The notes beneath the pieces were generated by a model. The model saw only the letters and a program-made list of their open reading frames with translations. It did not search any database and had not been told where the DNA came from. Below, piece after piece: positions 8,167 through 17,211 of a DNA stretch of 34,932 nucleotides. The translations under genes were made by a program, and so were the position numbers. Within the stretch, counting starts at the first letter, position 1. Each line of letters begins with the position of its first letter. Where the stretch lies: contig JBBIUG010000002.1 of NCBI GenBank assembly GCA_037440325.1, positions 1 to 34,932 on the forward strand. Direction: 5' to 3'. This stretch comes from Candidatus Nomurabacteria bacterium. Lineage in GTDB: Bacteria; Patescibacteriota; Minisyncoccia; Phycocordibacterales; UBA9973.

Positions 8167-10389
8167 ATGGAACTTCACGAAAAAATAGAAACAAAATTTC
8201 GCCTAGACATAAATCAGAAAAAAGCCCTGCACCGACTGAAAATTTTTTCGGTGGCAGACTTACTTTTTCATTTTCCCCTCCGGTATAGCGATATTAGTGA
8301 AGTCAAAAACATTTCAGAACTGGTTCCAGGGGATATGGCAACGGTTTACGGGAAAATCTCAAAATTAAAGACAAAGAAATCTTTTCACACAAAAGTTCCA
8401 ATGGCTGAGGGCGAAATTGAAGATTTGTCAGGGAAAATAAAAATCACCTGGTTCAATCAAGCATATTTGGCCAAGATGATAAAGAATGAGGAAAATGTAA
8501 AACTAACCGGGAAGGTCACCCAAGGAAAAAATGGTATTTATTTGGCCAACCCCGAGTTTGAAAAAATGCCGGATATGCCGATAGACAAGCACGACACTCT
8601 TTTTACGGGAGAAAATGCACCAAACACCGGTTTCTCGTATCCCATTTATGCCGAGACTCGTGGCATCACTTCAAAATGGTTTTATCATGCAATAGAAAAA
8701 ATATTTAAAGAACACACGTTGGATCGAATCGAAGATTACATTCCAGATGATATATTAAAAAAATACCACCTCCCCACCCTAAAGACAGCCCTGGTTTGGA
8801 TTCACAAACCAAAGAACAAATACGACGCAGCATCCGCACGCAAAAGATTCGCTTTTGAAGAAGTTTTTTGTATTCAACTTGAGCGTCAGCATGATAAATT
8901 TGAATATAGAAAAAATAAATCTTTTCAAATAAAAACCGACAAAAGGGTTGTGGAAGACTTTTTGAAACGTTTTCCATTTTCATTAACCAACTCACAAAAG
9001 AAATCAACTGAAACAATTTTGGAAGACATGGGAAAGAGTTTTCCGATGTCTAGACTGCTTGAAGGCGATGTCGGTTCCGGAAAGACAGCCGTGGCGGCCA
9101 CCGCCACTCACGTAGCCATCAATCAGCGACCAAACGGACAAAGTTTCGGTAATCTGCAAGTAGCATATATGGCGCCTACTGAGATTCTGGCGACTCAACA
9201 TTTTGAATCATTCATCCAATACTTCAAACACCTGCCGATAAATATCGGGCTCATTACCGGATCTGGTTGTCGTAAATTTCCTTCAAAAATAAACCCGGAT
9301 GGTTGGACCACTATTTCTCGTGCCCAACTTTTAAAATGGACAGCAAATGGAGAAATACCAATTTTAATCGGCACCCATGCACTTATCCAAAAAACTGTGA
9401 AGTTTAAAAATCTGGCCATGGTAATAATTGACGAGCAGCATCGTTTTGGCACAGCCCAGAGAAGAAAACTAGTCCGCAAAGATGGGGTCGCTCCGCACTT
9501 ACTCTCCATGACCGCCACCCCCATTCCCCGCACACTAGCTCTCACTATTTATGGAGACCTAGACCTATCTTTGCTTTTAGAAATGCCCGCCGGACGAAAA
9601 CAAATAATTACTGAAATAATTACTCCAAACAAGCGAGAAGAAACTTATGAAAAAATAAAAGAAGAATTAAAAAATGGTAGACAGCTTTATGTCATTTGTC
9701 CGAGAATATTTGAAGCCGAAGCGGAGACTGCCCAAGTTTTTGGTCCCCGAGGGTCCCACTCCAAAGGAGAAGGGCGCAGGGGGCAAAAATTTGGGCAGCT
9801 GGAGCTCAAGGCGGTCACAACAGAGGCAAAACGACTGAAAAAAGAAGTTTTCCCGGAGTACGAAATAGGTATTCTGCACAGTAAAATGAGCAAGGAAAAA
9901 AAAGAAAAAGTAATGCAAGATTTTACTGAAGGAAAAATAAATATTTTGTGCGCCACCTCTGTAGTGGAAGTCGGAGTGAACGTTCCGAACGCCACTGTAA
10001 TCATTATCGAGGGGGCCGAACGTTTCGGGCTCGCCCAGCTTCACCAACTTCGTGGACGCGTCATCAGAAGTAATCATCAAGCATATTGTTACATTTTTGC
10101 CGAAGCAAAAAGTGAAAAGACGATGGAGAGACTGAAGGCAATCAAGACTGCCAAAAATGGTTTTGAGTTGGCGGAGCTTGATCTAGCGCTTCGCGGACCA
10201 GGAGAATTGGGTGGTACCAAGCAATGGGGCATCACTGATCTAGGAATGGAAGCAATAAAAAATATAAAAATGGTTGAGGCAGCCAGAACAGAAGCAATTC
10301 GCCTGATTGAAGAAGATTCGGAACTAATAAAATATCCACTTCTTAAACAAAAAGTGAAACAAAAGACGTCTGAATTCCATTTCGAATAA
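8167..10389 (+). CDS. recG: ATP-dependent DNA helicase RecG
   Basis: Wedge/OB N-terminus, motif I GDVGSGKT, DEQHRFG, SMTATPIPRT, and QLHQLRGRVIR. It carries an extra segment of about 24 aa between the helicase lobes (see repeat 9728-9798). Confidence 0.9.
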   Translation: MELHEKIETKFRLDINQKKALHRLKIFSVADLLFHFPLRYSDISEVKNISELVPGDMATVYGKISKLKTKKSFHTKVPMAEGEIEDLSGKIKITWFNQAYLAKMIKNEENVKLTGKVTQGKNGIYLANPEFEKMPDMPIDKHDTLFTGENAPNTGFSYPIYAETRGITSKWFYHAIEKIFKEHTLDRIEDYIPDDILKKYHLPTLKTALVWIHKPKNKYDAASARKRFAFEEVFCIQLERQHDKFEYRKNKSFQIKTDKRVVEDFLKRFPFSLTNSQKKSTETILEDMGKSFPMSRLLEGDVGSGKTAVAATATHVAINQRPNGQSFGNLQVAYMAPTEILATQHFESFIQYFKHLPINIGLITGSGCRKFPSKINPDGWTTISRAQLLKWTANGEIPILIGTHALIQKTVKFKNLAMVIIDEQHRFGTAQRRKLVRKDGVAPHLLSMTATPIPRTLALTIYGDLDLSLLLEMPAGRKQIITEIITPNKREETYEKIKEELKNGRQLYVICPRIFEAEAETAQVFGPRGSHSKGEGRRGQKFGQLELKAVTTEAKRLKKEVFPEYEIGILHSKMSKEKKEKVMQDFTEGKINILCATSVVEVGVNVPNATVIIIEGAERFGLAQLHQLRGRVIRSNHQAYCYIFAEAKSEKTMERLKAIKTAKNGFELAELDLALRGPGELGGTKQWGITDLGMEAIKNIKMVEAARTEAIRLIEEDSELIKYPLLKQKVKQKTSEFHFE
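9728..9798. repeat. GC-cored hairpin element, copy A, in-frame inside recG
   Basis: A 15-bp stem CTGCCCAAGTTTTTG / CAAAAATTTGGGCAG encloses the core CCGAGGGTCCCACTCCAAAGGAGAAGGGCGCAGG (9747-9780). The core is 33/34 identical to 16600-16633. Confidence 0.8.
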
Positions 10390-10406
10390 TCAGTTCACAG
10401 TAAATT

Positions 10407-10964
10407 TTATTTATAGTCGGGTTTTATTTCTTCTGCCCCCTTAGAATAACTGAAAATTCTCGCCAACGCATACAACAAACTAGAAAGCCTATTTAAATAA
10501 GACAAGGTATCGTCACTCACAGGAATCTTTCCTTCTTCTTTTACCTCCACTACTCGTCTTTCTGCTCTTCTTGCCAAAGTCCTAGAGAAATCAAAAATGG
10601 CGGAAATCTCTGTGGCACCAGAGAGGAAAAAACTTTTTATTGGCGGCAAAACTTTTTCTATCTCGTCAACGATTTTTTCTATTTTCACTGTTTTGTCTTT
10701 AGAAATACTTAGGGTTGCTCCGGCAATTTCTGCTTGAACAATAAATAAATTCTGTTGTACCTCTAAAACCAAATCAGCGTATTTAAGTTTTTTGTCTTTG
10801 ATTTTGAAATCTATCTCCGCGGTTTTAGCACGAACCAGGCCTAGAAAAGAATTCACTTCATCAAGCGCACCCAGGGCTTCCGCTACCGCCGAACTCTTGG
10901 AGATACGCTGGTCGCAACCAAAAGTCTTTGTGGTTCCATCATCCCCCTTTTTAGTGTAGAGCAT
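10407..10964 (-). CDS. ATP:cob(I)alamin adenosyltransferase, PduO type
   Basis: N-terminal YTKKGDDGTT motif and the helical-bundle pattern typical of the PduO/MMAB family. Confidence 0.85.
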   Translation of the reverse strand: MLYTKKGDDGTTKTFGCDQRISKSSAVAEALGALDEVNSFLGLVRAKTAEIDFKIKDKKLKYADLVLEVQQNLFIVQAEIAGATLSISKDKTVKIEKIVDEIEKVLPPIKSFFLSGATEISAIFDFSRTLARRAERRVVEVKEEGKIPVSDDTLSYLNRLSSLLYALARIFSYSKGAEEIKPDYK

Positions 10965-10988
10965 AACTCTTATATTTTAGCACTTTTC

Positions 10989-13283
10989 CTATATTTCGCA
11001 GACACCGGAGACACAAGCGAATTCTTTCGCTCCGATAGTATTGTCTGCCGCTTCGTACTGAGAGAGTTTGGAAAAATCAATCTTACCAATGGCCTTTACT
11101 CGTTTTTCATACTCTTCTTTGGTGATTGCCTCGTAGGGAGCCAGTTGATAAACGTGTTCTGAACGAGGAAGGAAGGAAAGCCCGCCTATCCAGTCCCAAT
11201 TTTCATATACAAAATTCCCGACAGCTATCCATTCATCCGGACCAACATAAATCGTGGCTGATGGATTGTGTTCCACAAAATGCTCTTTCAACCTTTTCCA
11301 TTCTTTTATCAAATCTAAGGCAGAGACTTCGTCTTTAAATACCGCTCCTTCTGGTGCCTTTACCGGAAATTCTAGAACGAAAGTTGTCGCTGTTTCGACA
11401 GATTGACCAACTTCCGGGAGACACGGCACTCCTTGATCTTTCGCCATTTGCAACAAGGTATCGGTGTGAGAGATACGTACTCGACGAATGAAATATGGGG
11501 CATACCATGGGTGCATACCGGAACCAACGCCCAAGAGTTGTCCGGAATTACCATGAGGTTTTACACAAGTAATCGCGGTAGATGGATTAATACCAAAACG
11601 TTTTGCATATTTTTTATTTGTTTCAATCGCGTCTAATCTTAGAGTATCCAATACTTTATCATTTCTAATAACCGTATTGTCATAATATCCAGTGAGAGAC
11701 ACTCCGAGCAATCTTTCTTCTTCACAGTTATCTTTCCACTTCTTTGAGAGATAGCCGAAATTGGTCAAGGTTGATTGATAGGTTCCGAGAAGTGTAGCCA
11801 ACTCCATTTTTCTTTTTAGAGTTGCCACCGTATCTTTCGGGCGAATAACGATACTGGTCAAATTACAAAATTGTCTGGAACGCAAATAAATTTCTCCACA
11901 CGGATTAAGTCCGACTTGTCTTTCGTCTTTAATTTTTTCCCATCGACGAGCTGGTAATTGTTTTTCTAATCCTCCACGGTTGAAGATTCCACGTTCACCT
12001 GACTTGGACTTAACCAAGGCGGTCCATTCATCCAGAAATTCCTCAGCAGACGGTTTCGCACTGTAAACGGCAGAATTGTTTGCCATTGCGCGCTGGCCTT
12101 CGGTTAAATAAAATTGTCCTTTCTTTGCATCACGCATTTCTGTGTCTTCAAGCTCAGAGAGAGAAATGAGAGCGCTCCTTCTCACTCCGCCAGCAACAAC
12201 AATCATTCCGATCTGGCAAATGATATCATGCATGTCCAAATTAGAGAGACGACGTCCTTGTTTGGATAAAATTTTACGTCTGGAAAACTCTATCAAATCT
12301 ATCAAGGGTTGTGGCCCGGAAGCTTTTCCTCCGGCAGTTTCTAAACGAGATCCCGCTGGTCTGATTTTTGAATAATCAAACTTTACATCTTTGCCGCCGA
12401 ACCAAGCATCAAGCCCCATAATATAAGCATCTGCCCAGCCCTCTTTGCTGTCTTCTATGACATGGGTAATAGGCTTTTCTTTCCCTTGTTTCTTAATCTG
12501 TGGGAATTGTTGAACATTTTCCCATTCCACAGCGAAACCAAGCCCTGCGCCACACATAAGAATGTACATAATTTCCCCCAAGTCCTGGGTGGTAGTAGGA
12601 GCAACGTAGGAACAATTGTATGCCCAAACGTTTGAATTCCTGGCTGCCTTACCCGCAGCCCAAAGGAGTCGCATAGACGGACAAATGTCTTGATTAAGGA
12701 TTGCCTGTCTCACTTCTTCGTATTCAACTTTGGTTAATTTGTCACCCATGTTTTCCTTCATGAAAGCCATGTAGCGATCAATCGTTTCTACCCAAGTTTC
12801 GCGGCGACCAAGCTCTGGAACCCAACGTGAATACATTTGATAAAAAATATATTCCGAATAAGAACTGGAAAAATATTTACTGGATTCTTCTACTGCTTTT
12901 TTTACTGCCTCAGGAATCGGTCCAAAGGTTTCTCGCAACTCCGTACGTTTACTACGATAAAGAATATATTCTTTCGCGGTGTCCGGAAAATCAGCGGTCA
13001 TCAATTCTTTTTCTACAAAGTCTTGCACCATTTCAACTGTCGGCAAAAATTTTGCCCCCTTGTGGGCACTTTGAAGCTCTACTTGAAATTTTAGAAGATT
13101 TCTAAAAACACGCTTTGCTACTTCTTGTGCTTCGAGCTCCCCTCCCTCTTTCGTCACCTCAAAGGCTTTGAAGACTGCGCGTGCGATTCTTTCCAAGTCG
13201 AACGGGATAACTTCTCCGGTTCTTCTTCGGATTGATTTAATTTTTTTCAATTCATTTTTTAAAATTTTTTTTGTTTTCTTCAT
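10989..13283 (-). CDS. nrdJ: Class II (adenosylcobalamin-dependent) ribonucleotide reductase with N-terminal ATP-cone
   Basis: ATP-cone (IRRRTGEVIPFDLERIARAV), active-site NPCGEI...CNL, GGVRRSA, and a C-terminal Cys pair CVSGVC like monomeric RTPR-type enzymes. Confidence 0.88.
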   Translation of the reverse strand: MKKTKKILKNELKKIKSIRRRTGEVIPFDLERIARAVFKAFEVTKEGGELEAQEVAKRVFRNLLKFQVELQSAHKGAKFLPTVEMVQDFVEKELMTADFPDTAKEYILYRSKRTELRETFGPIPEAVKKAVEESSKYFSSSYSEYIFYQMYSRWVPELGRRETWVETIDRYMAFMKENMGDKLTKVEYEEVRQAILNQDICPSMRLLWAAGKAARNSNVWAYNCSYVAPTTTQDLGEIMYILMCGAGLGFAVEWENVQQFPQIKKQGKEKPITHVIEDSKEGWADAYIMGLDAWFGGKDVKFDYSKIRPAGSRLETAGGKASGPQPLIDLIEFSRRKILSKQGRRLSNLDMHDIICQIGMIVVAGGVRRSALISLSELEDTEMRDAKKGQFYLTEGQRAMANNSAVYSAKPSAEEFLDEWTALVKSKSGERGIFNRGGLEKQLPARRWEKIKDERQVGLNPCGEIYLRSRQFCNLTSIVIRPKDTVATLKRKMELATLLGTYQSTLTNFGYLSKKWKDNCEEERLLGVSLTGYYDNTVIRNDKVLDTLRLDAIETNKKYAKRFGINPSTAITCVKPHGNSGQLLGVGSGMHPWYAPYFIRRVRISHTDTLLQMAKDQGVPCLPEVGQSVETATTFVLEFPVKAPEGAVFKDEVSALDLIKEWKRLKEHFVEHNPSATIYVGPDEWIAVGNFVYENWDWIGGLSFLPRSEHVYQLAPYEAITKEEYEKRVKAIGKIDFSKLSQYEAADNTIGAKEFACVSGVCEI

Positions 13284-13288
13284 AAGCC

Positions 13289-13837
13289 TTAGATTGTTTT
13301 GGGATTAAAAATATTAATGGAGACGACTTTTTTCTTTTTTTCTTTTTCTTTAATCATAAAATTGTATATTGCGGGAGAAAGAATGACAGCAAACACGGTG
13401 TTTCCAAGCAAGTGAAGCATGGTAAACGGGATTTGTCCGATTAAAGTATTGATAAATGATTGATGAAAAAAAATCGGACCAACCGTCAAACCGGTAGCTC
13501 CGTCAAAAAATAATGTTCCGATAATGGCAAAACGTAGATAACTCCATTTATTTGCCTTTTGTTTTTTAAAATAACTCGTAGCCCACAACCCGATTACCCC
13601 ATACACCCCGGCAGTAAAAATTGTCTGTACTCCGATGGTCCCAGTAATGGCGTCATAGATTAAAATAGAGAAAACAGCGAAAGAAAAACCAGCGAACGCT
13701 CCATAGGCACGACTCACGGGCATCACGCTAGCGAAAATCGGCTCCACATTAGGAGCGCGAAAAGGAATCAAACGAGCAAAAAGACATAAAAGAAAAACTA
13801 GGGCAAGTTTCAGATAATTTTTTTTGTTCGTTCTCAT
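13289..13837 (-). CDS. Small polytopic membrane protein, ECF S-component-like; possible vitamin (B12) transporter
   Basis: About six TM helices in 182 aa and an N-terminal RLIPFRAPNVEPI motif. It is the first gene of the operon with nrdJ and the PduO-type gene. The function is inferred from context only. Confidence 0.4.
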   Translation of the reverse strand: MRTNKKNYLKLALVFLLCLFARLIPFRAPNVEPIFASVMPVSRAYGAFAGFSFAVFSILIYDAITGTIGVQTIFTAGVYGVIGLWATSYFKKQKANKWSYLRFAIIGTLFFDGATGLTVGPIFFHQSFINTLIGQIPFTMLHLLGNTVFAVILSPAIYNFMIKEKEKKKKVVSINIFNPKTI

Positions 13838-14039
13838 GGGGCTTTATTATACACGAAATTATTTTTTTGAGTAAAGTGTTTTTTTGTTAATTTCGTGACA
13901 AAAAACGTTAAGCAACAGAAAAAAAATAAAACAAGACGGAAAGGAAAAATCTCAAGACAGGCAACAAGAATTTTCACAAAAAATTTTCTTTTTTTTGTAA
14001 AATTATCTCTTGACGAAGCAGATAGAATGATTTTTAATG

Positions 14040-14113
14040 TCCGTCCTCTTGGATTCGAACCAAGGACCCCAGAGGTATAAGCTCTGTGCTCTAACCAACT
14101 GAGCTAAGGACGG
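14040..14113 (-). tRNA. tRNA-Ile with anticodon UAU
   Basis: Reverse complement: CCGTCCT-TA-GCTC-AGTTGGTTA-GAGC-A-CAGAG-CTTATAC-CTCTG-GGGTC-CTTGG-TTCGAAT-CCAAG-AGGACGG-A. The cloverleaf is fully paired, the discriminator is A73, and CCA is not encoded. Confidence 0.85.
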
Positions 14114-14176
14114 TTACGGTTGGCTAATACCGAAAGATTATCTTATTTTTATAAAAAAAACAATAAAAAAATTATC

Positions 14177-16096
14177 TTATGCTTCAACTGGAGCAGTAAT
14201 TTCTTTCTTCTTTAGAAGAATACCGTGGGCAGTAAGTATTTTCTCGTATTCTTCTTGTTCTAGGGTCTCTACTTCAATCAATTTTAAAGCAATAGCAATA
14301 AAGGCTTTTTTGTTCTCAGCCAAAACTTTTTCCGCTGATTTTAAGCCATCGTTGATAATTCTCGAAACTTCCGCATCTACTTTAGTAGAAACGGTTTCTG
14401 AAAATTCTCTTTCCGAGATTTCTCCGAATTGAGGTCTACCACCGGAGTCCACAAGAGCAATCGGACCTATAACATCCGACATCCCCCATCTTGTGACCAT
14501 CGCTTTCGCCAAGTTGGTAGCCATTTGTAAATCACTGGATGGTCCGGTCGTGATGTCACCAAAAATAACTTTCTCCGCAACGTATCCGCCGAGCGACATC
14601 GCAATGTCGTCGATGAATTCTTTTTTCGATTGCAAACGTCTTTCTTCGAGAGGCAACTTCAAAGTATATCCACCCGCATTGCCACGCGCGATAATAGAAA
14701 CTTTGTGCACCGGATCAGCGTGTGGAAGTACTGATGCGACTATCGCGTGTCCGGCTTCGTGGTAAGCAGTGATTTCTTTTTCTTTTTTGGAGAGCAAATG
14801 ACTTTTCCTTTCGGGGCCCAACATCACTTTTTCAATCGCGCGAATCAAATCAAATTGAAAAACTTTTTTACGATTCTCTCGCGCCGCCAAAATTGCACCT
14901 TCGTTCATGAGCGAGTACAAATCAGCTCCAGAAAAACCTGGTGTGCGTTCTGCCACTAATTTTAAATTAATATCTTCAGCTAGAGGTTTGCGTACCGCAT
15001 GAATTTTTAAAATTTCTTCGCGGTCTGTTCTATCAGGAAGATCGAGCATTACTTTTCGATCGAAGCGCCCTGGGCGAATAAGCGCCGGGTCTAATACGTC
15101 CGGCCTGTTTGTCGCTGCCATTACTATCACCTTGTCGTTTGGTTCGAAGCCATCCATTTCCACCAATATTTGGTTTAAGGTTTGTTCCCGTTCATCGTTG
15201 CCACCACCGAATCCTCCTCCACGGGTGCGCCCAATGGCGTCTATTTCGTCCACAAATATAATGGCCGGAGCGGCTCTTTTGGCCATTTTGAACAAATCCC
15301 TTACGCGAGAAGCTCCCACCCCCACGAACATTTCTACGAATTCAGAACCGGAAAGATGAAAAAATGGCACAGATGCTTCTCCTGCAACAGCCCTGGCAAG
15401 CAAGGTCTTCCCCGTACCCGGGGCGCCCGTCAGCATTACTCCTTTCGGAATTCTCGCACCAATATCCAAAAACTTCTTTGGGCTTTTCAAAAAGTCTACG
15501 ATCTCTTTCAATTCTTCTTTTGCTTCTTTACAACCGGCAACATCCTTGAAGGTTACGCGATTGTTTTTGTCATTCGGGTCGGTGATACGCGCCTTAGATT
15601 GTCCGAAGGTAAATGCTTGCATGCCGGCACCCTTCACTTGCCGCGACAGATACCAGAAGAAAACTAAAATGAAAACTATCGGCAAAAGAAACGGCAAAAT
15701 ATTTACGAGCCAAAACATGAAGCCCGTGTCTTCCTTTATTTGAATTTCTGTTTTCGCCAACTCAGCGCCCGTCACTCCGTAATTAAAAAGTGTTTGCGAA
15801 AGCGCCGCACCGACTTCTTTCTTCGATGTTTTCACATCGTTATTTTGATAAGTGATGGTGAGTTTGTCGCCTTCTACTAAAATATTTTTTACATCTCCGG
15901 CAATAACGCTCTTCGCCAAATCGGAAACCGGAATTTCAGGAATTACTTTTCCATCACCGGACACAACTAAATAGAGTGCTGTAATTAGCATGAAGAAAAA
16001 TATTGTAGCTGCAATGTTCACCCCGAACCTTGATTTCTTCGGCGCCTTTTTACCCTTCCCTTGCGGGTCTTTTTGATTAAGAAAATTAAAATCCAT
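14177..16096 (-). CDS. ftsH: ATP-dependent zinc metalloprotease FtsH
   Basis: Two TM segments, AAA+ Walker A GAPGTGKT, Walker [12 protein letters not shown], and HEAGH zinc motif. Start set at ATG 16096 (MDFNF...). Confidence 0.95.
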   Translation of the reverse strand: MDFNFLNQKDPQGKGKKAPKKSRFGVNIAATIFFFMLITALYLVVSGDGKVIPEIPVSDLAKSVIAGDVKNILVEGDKLTITYQNNDVKTSKKEVGAALSQTLFNYGVTGAELAKTEIQIKEDTGFMFWLVNILPFLLPIVFILVFFWYLSRQVKGAGMQAFTFGQSKARITDPNDKNNRVTFKDVAGCKEAKEELKEIVDFLKSPKKFLDIGARIPKGVMLTGAPGTGKTLLARAVAGEASVPFFHLSGSEFVEMFVGVGASRVRDLFKMAKRAAPAIIFVDEIDAIGRTRGGGFGGGNDEREQTLNQILVEMDGFEPNDKVIVMAATNRPDVLDPALIRPGRFDRKVMLDLPDRTDREEILKIHAVRKPLAEDINLKLVAERTPGFSGADLYSLMNEGAILAARENRKKVFQFDLIRAIEKVMLGPERKSHLLSKKEKEITAYHEAGHAIVASVLPHADPVHKVSIIARGNAGGYTLKLPLEERRLQSKKEFIDDIAMSLGGYVAEKVIFGDITTGPSSDLQMATNLAKAMVTRWGMSDVIGPIALVDSGGRPQFGEISEREFSETVSTKVDAEVSRIINDGLKSAEKVLAENKKAFIAIALKLIEVETLEQEEYEKILTAHGILLKKKEITAPVEA

Positions 16097-16173
16097 CCCG
16101 TGATAATAGCACAAAAAAGATTAAATGTTAATGAGAAAACTTTATCGGAAAATAAAACTTTTTGCGAATCGAG

Positions 16174-16561
16174 TGGAGATGGGGGAAATCGAATCCCCGT
16201 GCAGAAGGTTATTGTAAAGAAGTCTACATACATAGCACGCTTTTTTTGTTTAGATTAAAAAATTCTTAAGCGAGCGAAATATTTTTTAATCGAGTCCCTT
16301 TGTTTCGGATATTGTCAGGACATTCAATAATCCTATCCCGATAATATTATGCCTTAATCCATATATCGGAAGTCTATGGACAAGACACCAACCTCAGGCT
16401 TACGCGAGGGCTGGAGCGAATGCGAACACATTACCGAAGTAAGGTGAGCGGATTGCTGAAGTTAATTTTGCAATTAACAATTGAACGAAGTTTAACGAGA
16501 TTACGTTCATACTCGGCATGCATCAATAACAATAGGCCAACTGTCTATGCCTTGCATCCCC
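16174..16561 (-). ncRNA. ssrA: tmRNA (SsrA), one-piece
   Basis: The 5' GGGGATG pairs with the 3' CATCTCC-A, including a G3:U pair. T arm is GGGGA-TTCGATT-TCCCC. An internal frame ends ...GCT CCA GCC CTC GCG TAA (tag ending APALA). It lies next to smpB. CCA is not encoded. Confidence 0.85.
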
Positions 16562-16571
16562 AAATTTGTTT

Positions 16572-16660
16572 AAGCGAAGTTTCCTAAAAATTTTTTAGTC
16601 CGAGGGTCCCGCTCCAAAGGAGAAGGGCGCAGGACAAAAAATTATTAGAAAACTTCGCTT
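16572..16660. repeat. GC-cored hairpin element, copy B (smpB-ssrA spacer)
   Basis: A stem of about 25 bp, AAGCGAAGTTTCCTAAAAATTTTTT / AAAAAATTATTAGAAAACTTCGCTT, encloses GTCCGAGGGTCCCGCTCCAAAGGAGAAGGGCGCAGGAC. Confidence 0.8.
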
Positions 16661-16664
16661 CTTG

Positions 16665-17111
16665 TCAACGTGCCTTGTATTCTCTGCGGATCTCGCGATC
16701 CGTTTCGCGCTTTTTAATAGTTTCACGTTTATCAATTTTTTTCTTTCCTTTCACCAAAGCGACTTCTACTTTTATTTTTCTTCCTTTATTATACACTGAA
16801 ATCGGGGCAATTGTCAAACTCTTGTTTTTCTCGCTATCGGCGAGCTCTGCAATTTCTTTTTTCGTAAGCAAAAGTTTTCTATTCCTGAGTGGATCATAGT
16901 CTTTCGGCGCGTTTAACGGTTGATATGGCGGGATATTGGCGTTAATCAGAAAAGCTTCTCCCCCACGAATGATGATAAAGGCGCCGTCTAAGGACATTCG
17001 CCCTCCCCTTACCGCTTTCACCTCTGTACCCAAAAGCTCAATACCTGTTTCGTATTTTTGGAGTATTTCGTAGTTAAACCGAGCTTTTCTGTTTTCCGCA
17101 TAATTTGCCAT
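16665..17111 (-). CDS. smpB: SsrA-binding protein SmpB
   Basis: NRKARFNYEI...GTEVKA...G, the typical SmpB signature, with a basic C-terminal tail. Confidence 0.95.
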   Translation of the reverse strand: MANYAENRKARFNYEILQKYETGIELLGTEVKAVRGGRMSLDGAFIIIRGGEAFLINANIPPYQPLNAPKDYDPLRNRKLLLTKKEIAELADSEKNKSLTIAPISVYNKGRKIKVEVALVKGKKKIDKRETIKKRETDREIRREYKAR

Positions 17112-17141
17112 TTATACATATTATCATAGTTTCTTCGGTAT

Positions 17142-17199
17142 TTGACTTTAACCCATAATTACGCTATTATCTACGGTAGTTAAGCCCTTTTCGGGGCTT
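17142..17199 (+). promoter_or_regulatory. Putative infC promoter (TTGACT-17-TATTAT) and short leader hairpin
   Basis: TTGACT at 17142-17147, TATTAT at 17165-17170, and the hairpin AAGCCC-TTTTCG-GGGCTT at 17182-17199, just upstream of the TTG start. Confidence 0.4.
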
Positions 17200-17211
17200 T
17201 CTATATATACA

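Noticed and set aside
13838-14039. Cobalamin riboswitch upstream of the B12 operon
   Set aside because: The region is almost pure A/T with no B12-box-like or multi-helix GC structure. The putative -10 sits only 8 nt from the start codon.
13895-14080. 61-aa ORF (+)
   Set aside because: It has a GTG start without an SD, is Lys-rich low complexity, and overlaps tRNA-Ile on the opposite strand.
14493-15743. Several antisense ORFs inside ftsH (up to 161 aa)
   Set aside because: They lie opposite a highly conserved gene, have no ribosome-binding sites, and have compositions typical of antisense frames.
16572-16660. The GC-cored hairpins as ordinary rho-independent terminators or integron attC sites
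   Set aside because: No U-tract abuts the GC core on either strand, and one copy lies inside the recG coding sequence. Unlike attC sites, the conserved part is the centre and the ends vary.
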